In this document: piece by piece, positions 24,898 to 35,700 of the stretch
How the letters are laid out: each line of letters opens with the position of its first letter
Position numbering within the stretch: position 1 is the first letter of the stretch
DNA from: Eledone cirrhosa
Taxonomy: Eukaryota
Reading direction: 5' to 3'
DNA: 64,000 nt
NCBI GenBank assembly: GCA_964016885.1
Contig: OZ024740.1
Location: 141,856,001 to 141,920,000 of the forward strand
Notes under the pieces: generated by a model
Told to the model about the DNA's origin: nothing
Seen by the model: only the letters and a program-made list of their open reading frames with translations
Database searches by the model: none
Program-made: the position numbers and the translations under genes

Positions 24898-25460
24898 GGT
24901 TGTGGTGCTATTGTGGTTGCAGTTATAGTGGTACTGGGCTGTAGTGTAGGTGGTTGTGGTGGTTGTGGTGCTATTGTGGTTGCAGTTATAGTGGTACTGG
25001 GCTGTAGTGTAGGTGGTTGTGGTGGTTGTGGTGCTATTGTGGTTGCAGTTATAGTGGTACTGGGCTGTAGTGTAGGTGGTTGTGGTGGTTGTGGTGCTAT
25101 TGTGGTTGCAGTTATAGTGGTACTGGGCTGTAGTGTAGGTGGTTGTGGTGGTTGTGGTGGTGCTATTGTGGTTGTAGTTAAGGTTATAGTGGTACTGGGC
25201 TGCAGTGTAGGTGGTTGTGGTGGTGGCTGCAGTTGTAGTTAAGCTTATAGTGGTACTGGGCTGTAGTGTACGTGGTTGTGCTGGTGCTATTGTGGTTGTA
25301 TTTAAGGTTATAGTGGTACTGAGCTGTAGTGTGGGTGTTTGTGGTGGTGGTGTTGGTGGTTGTAGTTGTGGTACTAGTTGTACTGGGCTGTAGTGTAGGT
25401 AGTTGTGGTGGTGGTGGTTGTAGTTGTGGTGCTAGCTGTACTGGAATGTAGTGTTGATGG
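24898..25460. repeat. 63-bp GGT/GTA-rich minisatellite (4 near-perfect copies, then decaying)
   Basis: TGTGGTGCTATTGTGGTTGCAGTTATAGTGGTACTGGGCTGTAGTGTAGG at 24901, 24964, 25027 and 25090. Confidence 0.9.
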
Positions 25461-26138
25461 TTGTGGTGGCTGTAGTTGTAGTTATAGTACTAGTGATACT
25501 GAGTGTAGGGTCTTGTCGTAGTGTTTTGATGGTAAGGGAGTTGGAGTTGTATTGGTGGTGGTTGTGGTAGTGGTGATGTGTGATGTTGTGGTAGAGGCTA
25601 TGGTGATAGCAGTGTTGTTGGTTGTAGTAGTGGAATTGAATATCGTTATGGGAGTGGCTATAGTGATAGTAAAATTGTTTGGACTATAGTGTTGGTAGTT
25701 TTAATAGTATTTAGTTTAGTTGTAGTGATTGTAGCGGTTGTTGTGATAGTGGTACTGAATTACAGTATTGGGGGTTATAGCAGCGATTTTAATTGTTGTG
25801 GTTGTGGTGATATGGAGACAGTTTGAGCTATAACGATAGCGATTCTCGCGGCAACGGTGTTATGTATTATTGTAGTGGTGATTATGCTGATTGTAGTATT
25901 GGCAGTTATGTTAGTGGTGTTGAGTATTTTTGTAGTGGCTACTATGATGAGAGTAGTGTTGGTAGTTGTGTTAGTGGTGTTGAGTATTGTTGTGGTGGTG
26001 GCTGCCGTCATATTGAGAGAGTGTGGGGGTGTAGAGTTAGTGGCAGTAGTTTTACTAAAAGCAAAGGTTGAAGTGACGGCTGTTGTTAACGTAGTAGTAA
26101 CATCTGTAATACACGTTAATATTCTGTAATCCCAGGAC

Positions 26139-26300
26139 AAGGCGGTGAAATGCTAGAGTCATTAGAATGTGGGATAGAATGCTTTGCAGCATTGGTTCCG
26201 ACTGTCTATGTTCTCATTTCAAATCATGCCGAGGTCAACTTTGCTTTTCATCATTTCGAAGTCAATTACCAGGCCTGAACTAGAGTCGACACCCCTTCTC
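26139..26300 (+). mobile_element. Degraded SINE
   Basis: AAGGCGGTGA...TTCAAATC..GCCGAGGTCAACTTTGCTTTTCATC resembles a common cephalopod SINE (recognition). Confidence 0.55.
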
Positions 26301-26867
26301 TCTCTTTCTCTTTCTCCGTCTCTCACTCTCTCTCTTTCTGGAAGATATCGACTGTTTAGACATAGAAAGTGATGGGCTCGCCGGGTTTATATGCCCGAGA
26401 AGCGCCGTATATCACAACTGCGCTCCCACTACTCTACCAGCAGTTCAGGTTCCATGGATGGTCCATGTAACACTAGGTCAAACCTAATAGAATGTTGTTA
26501 GTGGAACAGATGACGAAGTAGATTTCAGAGATCCATCTTCCCAGATATAACATTTCTCCAACTAGCTTAAGTATATCCTGCCATACTGCAGAATCAAACG
26601 TTACCTGTCTTATGATAAACAAGTAAGTTTCGGAGTACACGTTTACCATTATGGGCAGCAGTATGTAAATAAATAAAAAATACCTTATATATATAGGTGT
26701 GTGTGTGTGCATGTAGATTACCGAGTTGTGACGGGGGCAATCACAGTTAAAAAAGGCAGACATTCCTGGTGATTTCATACGAATAGAACAGTTCTAGTCA
26801 TGTAGAAGTCATTTCTGTATATATATATATATATTATTATTATGTAATAAACAACATAAGGCAATTA

Positions 26868-26927
26868 TTCCATTTACCAGTGGTTTCTTAAAAGCAAAAG
26901 GTTTTGCTTTCAATCCTCAGAATGAAA
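26868..26927 (-). ncRNA. Type I hammerhead ribozyme (mirror copy in E3)
   Basis: Exact reverse complement of 27001-27060. Confidence 0.8.
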
Positions 26928-27000
26928 AATCCTGGTTTGTTTATTGAATATGGATTCTAAAAACTTTTTAGAATCCATATTCAATAAACAAACCAGGATT

Positions 27001-27060
27001 TTTCATTCTGAGGATTGAAAGCAAAACCTTTTGCTTTTAAGAAACCACTGGTAAATGGAA
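27001..27060 (+). ncRNA. Type I hammerhead ribozyme
   Basis: TTTCATT-CTGAGGA-[TTGAAAGCAAAA cc TTTTGCTTTTAA]-GAAA-CC act GG-TA^-AATGGAA: 7-bp helix I, intact CUGANGA/GAAA core, GUA site (predicted cut after 27053). Confidence 0.85.
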
Positions 27061-27187
27061 TAATTGCCTTATGTTGTTTATTACATAATAATAATAATTA
27101 AGCTCTGTTGCCTACATAGAGCACTCTTTTTTCCTGGACTTTTCCGATGGAATTACTTCATTCACACACATATATATATATATATAT

Positions 27188-28593
27188 GTATTGAAATTTC
27201 CGTTGAAAACAGAAAAGGTCATAGAAGTGAAGAGTGCTCTATGTAATAACCAGAGCAAAATTTTATGTATAAAAATCAATACAATATAATTACCTCATTA
27301 CCAGAGGTTTCCCGAATGAGGCGAATTCGAAAGAAACGTCTTCATTCGTTCGTCAGACGAGGCAATATAAAACATGGCTAAATACTTGGAAAGTCTCATC
27401 AAGAAAAGCCAAAAAAATTATATAAATATAGACAAAGGAATTACAATAGCCATATGAAATATATAAAAATCTTTCAAGAAATATAGTTAGGTGTGTGTAT
27501 ATGTATGTATATACGCTCACAGATGTACATATGTGTGTATGTACAAATGTGTACGTATAGTGAAAAAGTGTGCGTAAATATATGTGTTAGGGCGGTGTAT
27601 CTGTGTATCTGCAACTACAGACAGACATGATGTGGTTGTCTGTTTAGCAGGTACACAGAAAAAACGGGGTATTAGATACATTATAAGAATATGAAGGCAC
27701 GCGTATCAACACACCCACACGCACGTACACTTATATGCGGAAGTAAAAGAGGTAAGGGAGTGTAATAATTAAAAGAAAGTATCATTCTCGATATATTTAT
27801 AAAAATGGAACAATAATTTAGAAAGAAAAAATTAAAGAAAAGAAGACAAACAAGGTACACGCGTACACACACACGTATATCTACAAGAAACGTATATCTA
27901 TAAGAAATATATATATATATACACGCAAAAACGTGCAGACAAAAGCGTATGCAAGCACACATACACACATAGGATGCACATATATACGCATATACGCCTC
28001 GCCCCATGTATATCTAATCACGCGCACGCACGCGACTGTATACACACTCGCACACACACACACACGCAAAAATATACATGCTTATATACATACGCACACT
28101 TACACATCCATACTTTCGGTACGTACACACACACACACACACACATACATACACTCACGCATATTGACCTGTTTACATGCACACACATAAAAATGAGGAT
28201 GTAAAAAAAGAGAAAAAACAAAACAAAAACAAAAAACATAGATGTAAAAACACAGATATAAAGACACATATACATACACATATATATATATATACACGCA
28301 CGCGCGCGCACATACGGCGGCGTTCGTGTACATATATAGAATGTATACACACATTAAGGCGTTCAGACACATAGATACAGGGTGTAAAAAGCTTTGTGGA
28401 TAAGTAAGTACAAATATAAAATTATAAGATTGGCTGCGAAATAACAAAAAATATCTGGAGTGGAAAACGCAAGTGACTTTGGTAATCAGTTAGTGAAGAA
28501 AATAAGGAAGTAAAAAGTGGAAAGTGAAGGTATTCGCCTCATTCGGGAAACCTCTGATAATGAGGTAATTATATTGTATTGATTTTTATACAT
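27188..28593 (-). mobile_element. Hairpin+tail element E4: 62-bp inverted arms (27265-27326 / 28532-28593), 1.2-kb interior, ~77-nt tail
   Basis: Arms differ by 1 nt; tail (27188-27264) is homologous to the E3 tail in opposite orientation; (TA)n flanks. Confidence 0.75.
27289..27366 (-). ncRNA. Type I hammerhead ribozyme (E4)
   Basis: Minus: ATTGCCTCGT-CTGACGA-a[CGAATGA...TCATTCG]g-GAAA-CC tct GG-TA^-ATGAGGTAAT; 10-bp helix I; first helix II pair is an A.G mismatch. Confidence 0.8.
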
Positions 28594-28606
28594 TATATAT
28601 ATATAT

Positions 28607-28800
28607 ATAGGAACGAGTAGGACCCCGACGGCTGAGCTCAAGCCGTTTGGACGGCTAATTCGGGTCCAGAATTAGCTGTCGAAACGGCTTGAGCTCAGCC
28701 GTCGGGGTCCTACTCGTTCCTATTACCCACTCTACTACCCTAAGTATTGAGTACTTTGGTGCGTTATGGTCCACCTGGTTCCTTACCACATTTCTTCCGT
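28607..28800 (+). mobile_element. Hairpin+tail element E5: 117-bp palindrome with the 3' half of a hammerhead + ~77-nt tail
   Basis: 28607-28723 is palindromic. Right arm reads [helix II]-GAAA-CGGCT tgagctc AGCCG-TC^-GGGGTCC. Tail GAGTACTTT at 28749-28757; (TA)n on both sides. Confidence 0.8.
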
Positions 28801-28877
28801 TATATATATATATATATATATATAAAAGAATAGAGACACATTCCTACTGACCGATCCCTCTACCACGAATTACTCTG

Positions 28878-28918
<41 letters not shown>

Positions 28919-29016
28919 TCTTAATAGGCATCTGAACTGTTGACCTGTCAACAAACTGCAATTCACACACACATCCCTACTGACCATTATCACAACAATG
29001 AACCTCTTTACTACTA

Positions 29017-29050
<34 letters not shown>

Positions 29051-29079
29051 TTGTCTTGAAAGACTTATTTTTCAGTGAC

Positions 29080-29340
29080 TTCTCAATCAGCCGAGACAAA
29101 CCTACATTTGGCGCAAAATCAATTTTTAACATTCACATGACCTCTACCGACCAATCAAAATTGTTTTGACCACAAGAATTTTTGCAACACGAATTGGCGC
29201 GAAACTTATTTTAATACATCTGGAGCCACTTTTTTCACATAAAAAAGGTAGAATTTCCAAAACTAATCAGATTAGAGCAAACATCACGGGCGCTCTATCT
29301 CAAAATTATTTTTGAAAAGCATTAGAAATGCGCAACCGGT
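29080..29340. promoter_or_regulatory. Candidate promoter (E2F-like sites, CCAAT box, CHR-like motif)
   Basis: TTTGGCGC 29107-29114, CCAAT 29151-29155, TTGGCGCGAAA 29194-29204 and TTTGAA 29311-29316 in a non-repetitive island. Confidence 0.35.
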
Positions 29341-29490
29341 AAAAACTTAAAACCAAAACTGAATACTAACCAATACTATTACTAATTTTTACTTATTCCT
29401 AATTAAACTATTTTTCACTGGGAAAAATTTGTCAGCATTTTCTTTTCCTTTTACCAATATATATATATATATATATATGTATATGTGTGT

Positions 29491-29564
<74 letters not shown>

Positions 29565-29731
29565 AATAACCCCCCCCCCCAAAAAAATATATATAAATGT
29601 ACTACGTCTGCATTTGGATAAAAAGGTTCACAATATAATGTTCATATTGGACAACTATAAATTATATGAGGAGAGCACAGCGATTTGAGAACAAATAAAG
29701 AAAAAAATATAGAAAAGAAATATATATTTTC

Positions 29732-32700
29732 ATGAATGTATATTTCATTCATCAAAATGAAATATACATTGAGCGGATGAAAAGAAAAACCAAAAGCAAT
29801 GAGTCGCCGGAAAATGAGTATATGATTGTGCACGGGCTTTCATTTCAGCGTTCGTATACCTATCCCACTCCTTGCCAACCGCTGTATACCTATCTCACTC
29901 CATGCCAACCACTGTATACCTATCTCACTCCATGCCAACCACTGTATACCTATCTCACTCCATGCCAACCGCTGTATACCTATCTCACTCCATGCCAACC
30001 GCTGTATACCTATCTCACTCCATGCCAACCACTGTATACCTATCTCACTCCATGCCAACCGCTCTATACCTATCTCACTCCATGCCAACCGCTGTATACC
30101 TATCTCACTCCATGCCAACCGCTCTATACCTATCTCACTCCATGCCAACCGCTGTATACCTATCCCACTCCATGCCAACCACTGTATACCTATCTCACTC
30201 CATGCCAACCGCTCTATACCTATCTCTCTCCATGCCAACCACTGTATACCTATCTCACTCCATGCCAACCACTGTATACCTATCTCACTCCATGCCAACC
30301 ACTGTATACCTATCTCACTCCATGCCAACCGCTGTATACCTATCTCACTCCATGCCAACCACTGTATACCTATCTCACTCCATGCCAACCACTGTATACC
30401 TATCTCACTCCATGCCAACCGCTGTATACCTATCCCACTCCATGCCAACCACTGTATACCTATCTCACTCCTTGCCAACCACTGTATACCTATCTCACTC
30501 CATGCCAACCACTGTATACCTATCTCACTCCATGCCAACCGCTCTATACCTATCTCACTCCATGCCAACCGCTGTATACCTATCTCACTCCATGCCAACC
30601 ACTCTATACCTATCTCACTCCATGCCAACCGCTGTATACCTATCTCACTCCATGCCAACCACTCTATACCTATCTCACTCCATGCCAACCGCTGTATACC
30701 TATCTCACTCCATGCCAACCGCTGTATACCTATCTCTCTCCCTGCCAACCACTGTATACCTATCTCACTCCATGCCAACCACTGTATACCTATCTCACTC
30801 CATGCCAACCACTGTATACCTATCTCACTCCATGCCAACCACTGTATACCTATCTCACTCCATGCCAACCGCTGTATACCTATCTCTCTCCCTGCCAACC
30901 ACTGTATACCTATCTCACTCCATGCCAACCACTGTATACCTATCTCACTCCATGCCAACCACTGTATACCTATCTCACTCCATGCCAACCACTGTATACC
31001 TATCTCACTCCATGCCAACCGCTGTATACCTATCTCACTCCATGCCAACCGCTGTATACCTATCTCACTCCATGCCAACCGCTGTATACCTATCTCACTC
31101 CATGCCAACCGCTGTATACCTATCTCACTCCATGCCAACCGCTGTATACCTATCTCACTCCATGCCAACCGCTGTATACCTATCTCTCTCCATGCCAACC
31201 ACTGTATACCTATCTCACTCCATGCCAACCACTGTATACCTATCTCACTCCATGCCAACCGCTCTATACCTATCTCACTCCATGCCAACCGCTCTATACC
31301 TATCTCTCTCCATGCCAACCACTGTATACCTATCTCACTCCATGCCAACCACTGTATACCTATCTCTCTCCATGCCAACCACTGTATACCTATCTCACTC
31401 CATGCCAACCACTGTATACCTATCTCACTCCATGCCAACCACTGTATACCTATCTCACTCCATGCCAACCGCTCTATACCTATCTCACTCCATGCCAACC
31501 GCTGTATACCTATCTCACTCCATGCCAACCACTCTATACCTATCTCACTCCATGCCAACCGCTGTATACCTATCTCACTCCATGCCAACCACTCTATACC
31601 TATCTCACTCCATGCCAACCGCTCTATACCTATCTCACTCCATGCCAACCGCTGTATACCTATCTCACTCCATGCCAACCGCTGTATACCTATCTCACTC
31701 CATGCCAACCGCTGTATACCTATCTCTCTCCATGCCAACCACTGTATACCTATCTCACTCCATGCCAACCGCTGTATACCTATCTCACTCCATGCCAACC
31801 GCTGTATACCTATCTCACTCCATGCCAACCGCTCTATTCCTATCTCACTCCATGCCAACCGCTGTATACCTATCTCACTCCATGCCAACCACTGTATACC
31901 TATCTCACTCCATGCCAACCGCTCTATACCTATCTCTCTCCATGCCAACCACTGTATACCTATCTCACTCCATGCCAACCATTGTATACCTATCTCACTC
32001 CATGCCAACCACTGTATACCTATCTCACTCCATGCCAACCGCTCTATACCTATCTCACTCCATGCCAACCGCTGTATACCTATCTCACTCCATGCCAACC
32101 ACTCTATATCTATCTCACTCCATGCCAACCGCTGTATACCTATCTCACTCCATGCCAACCACTCTATACCTATCTCACTCCATGCCAACCGCTGTATACC
32201 TATCTCACTCCATGCCAACCGCTGTATACCTATCTCTCTCCATGCCAACCACTGTATACCTATCTCACTCCATGCCAACCACTGTATACCTATCTCACTC
32301 CATGCCAACCACTGTATACCTATCTCACTCCATGCCAACCACTGTATACCTATCTCACTCCATGCCAACCGCTGTATACCTATCCTACTCCATGCCAACC
32401 GCTGTATACCTATCTCACTCCATGCCAACCGCTGTATACCTATCTCACTCCATGCCAACCGCTGTATACCTATCTCACTCCATGCCAACCGCTGTATACC
32501 TATCTCACTCCTTGCCAACCGCTGTATACCTATCTCACTCCTTGCCAACCGCTGTATACCTATCTCACTCCATGCCAACGGCTGTATACCTATCTCACTC
32601 CATGCCAACCGCTGTATACCTATCTCACTCCTTGCCAACCGCTGTATACCTATCTCACTCCATGCCAACCGCTGTATACCTATCTCACTCCTTGCCAACC

Positions 32701-35700
32701 GCTGTATACCTATCTCACTCCTTGCCAACCGCTGTATACCTATCTCACTCCTTGCCAACCGCTGTATACCTATCTCTCTCCATGCCAACCGCTGTATACC
32801 TATCTCACTCCTTGCCAACGGCTGTATACCTATCTCACTCCTTGCCAACCGCTGTATACCTATGTCACTCCTTGCCAACCACTGTATACCTATCTCACTC
32901 CTTGCCAACCGCTGTATACCTATCTCACTCCATGCCAACCGCTCTATACCTATCTCACTCCATGCCAACCGCTGTATACCTATCTCACTCCTTGCCAACC
33001 GCTGTATACCTATCTCACTCCTTGCCAACCGCTGTATACCTATCTCACTCCTTGCCAACCGCTGTACACCTATCTCACTCCTTGCCAACCGCTGTATACC
33101 TATCTCACTCCATGCCAACCACTGTATACCTATCTCACTCCATGCCAACCGCTGTATACCTATCTCACTCCATGCCAACCGCTGTATACCTATCTCACTC
33201 CATGCCAACTGCTCTATACCTATCTCACTCCATGCCAACCGCTGTATACCTATCTCACTCCATGCCAACCGCTGTATACCTATCTCACTCCTTGCCAACC
33301 GCTGTATACCTATCTCACTCCATGCCAACCGCTGTATACCTATCTCACTCCTTGCCAACCGCTGTATACCTATCTCACACCTTGCCAACCGCTCTATACC
33401 TATCTCACTCCTTGCCAACCACTGTATACCTATCTCACTCCTTGCCAACCACTGTATACCTATCTCACTCCATGCCAACCGCTGTATACCTATCTCACTC
33501 CTTGCCAACCGCTGTATACCTATCTCACTCCTTGCCAACCGCTGTATACCTATCTCACTCCTTGCCAACCGCTGTATACCTATCTCACTCCATGCCAACT
33601 GCTGTATACCTATCTCACTCCTTGCCAACCGCTGTATACCTATCTCACTCCATGCCAACCGCTGTATACCTATCTCACTCCATGCCAACCGCTGTATACC
33701 TATCTCACTCCTTGCCAACCGCTGTATACCTATCTCACTCCATGCCAACCGCTGTATACCTATCTCACTCCTTGCCAACCGCTGTATACCTATCTCACTC
33801 CATGCCAACCGCTGTATACCTATCTCACTCCATGCCAACCGCTGTATACCTATCTCACTCCTTGCCAACCACTGTATACCTATCTCACACCATGCCAACC
33901 GCTGTATACCTATCTCACTCCATGCCAACTGCTCTATACCTATCTCACTCCATGCCAACCGCTGTATACCTATCTCACTCCATGCCAACCGCTGTATACC
34001 TATCTCACTCCTTGCCAACCGCTGTATACCTATCTCACTCCATGCCAACCGCTGTATACCTATCTCACTCCATGCCAACCACTGTATACCTATCTCACTC
34101 CATGCCAACCGCTGTATACCTATCTCACTCCTTGCCAACCGCTGTATACCTATCTCACTCCATGCCAACCGCTGTATACCTATCTCACTCCTTGCCAACC
34201 GCTGTATACCTATCTCACTCCATGCCAACCGCTGTATACCTATCTCACTCCTTGCCAACCGCTGTATACCTATCTCACTCCATGCCAACCGCTGTATACC
34301 TATCTCACTCCTTGCCAACCGCTGTATACCTATCTCACTCCATGCCAACCGCTGTATACCTATCTCACTCCTTGCCAACCACTGTATAGCTATCTCACTC
34401 CATGCCAACCGCTGTATACCTATCTCACTCCTTGCCAACCACTGTATACCTATCTCACTCCATCCCAACCGCTGTATACCTATCTCACTCCATGCCAACC
34501 GCTGTATACCTATCTCACTCCATGCCAACCGCTGTATACCTATCTCACTCCTTGCCAACCACTGTATACCTATCTCACTCCATGCCAACCGCTGTATACC
34601 TATCTCACTCCTTGCCAACCACTGTATACCTATCTCACTCCTTGCCAACCACTGTATACCTATCTCACTCCATGCCAACCGCTGTATACCTATCTCACTC
34701 CTTGCCAACCGCTGTATACCTATCTCACTCCATGCCAACCACTGTATACCTATCTCACTCCATGCCAACCCCTGTATACCTATCTCACTCCTTGCCAACG
34801 GCTGTATACCTATCTCACTCCATGCCAACCTCTGTATACCTATCTCACTCCATGCCAACCGCTGTATACCTATCTCACTCCTTGCCAACCGCTCTATACC
34901 TATCTCACTCCTTGCCAACGGCTGTATACCTATCTCTCTCCATGCCAACCTCTGTATACCTATCTCACTCCATCCCAACCGCTGTATACCTATCTCACTC
35001 CATGCCAACCGCTCTATACCTATCTCACTCCTTGCCAACGGCTGTATACCTATCTCTCTCCATGCCAACCTCTGTATACCTATCTCACTCCATGCCAACC
35101 GCTCTATACCTATCTCACTCCTTGCCAACCGCTGTATACCTATCTCTCTCCATGCCAACCTCTGTATACCTATCTCACTCCATCCCAACCGCTGTATACC
35201 TATCTCTCTCCATGCCAACCACTGTATACCTATCTCACTCCATGCCAACCGCTGTATACCTATCTCACTCCTTGCCAACCACTGTATACCTATCTCACTC
35301 CTTGCCAACCACTGTATACCTATCTCACTCCATGCCAACCGCTCTATACCTATCTCACTCCTTGCCAACCGCTGTATACCTATCTCACTCCATCCCAACC
35401 GCTGTATACCTATCTCACTCCATGCCAACCACTGTATACCTATCTCACTCCTTGCCAACCGCTGTATACCTATTTCACTCCATGCCAACGGCTGTATACC
35501 TATCTCACTCCTTGCCAACCGCTGTATACCTATCTCACTCCTTGCCAACCGCTCTATACCTATCTCACTCAATGCCAACCGCTTTATACCTATCTCACTC
35601 CATCCCAACCACTGTATACCTATCTCACTCCATGCCAACCACTGTATACCTATCTCACTCCATGCCAACCGCTGTATACCTATCTCACTCCTTTCCAACC

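Larger units (their letters stand above)
26832..27170 (+). mobile_element. Hairpin+tail element E3: perfect 265-bp palindrome (centre 26964) + ~73-nt tail
   Basis: 26832-26963 is the exact reverse complement of 26965-27096; tail has GAGCACTCT (27119-27127); (TA)n on both sides. Confidence 0.85.

Noticed and set aside
17440-26300. tRNA genes at A/B-box-like motifs
   Set aside because: No cloverleaf; these are decayed SINE heads.
26470-26660. Possible RT remnant (ILKLVGEMLYLGRWIS, minus strand)
   Set aside because: One weak motif only; not enough to assign an element.
78-28447. Many YI-, HTYI-, MYVC- and poly-H/G/V/L/N ORFs
   Set aside because: Translations of (TA)n, (CATA)n, (CCA)n, (TAA)n and (GTT)n microsatellites.
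304-28800. Interpreting the palindromes as MITEs with TA target duplications
   Set aside because: One-sided tails and embedded hammerheads fit retroelement pLTRs better than symmetric TIR elements; not formally excluded.
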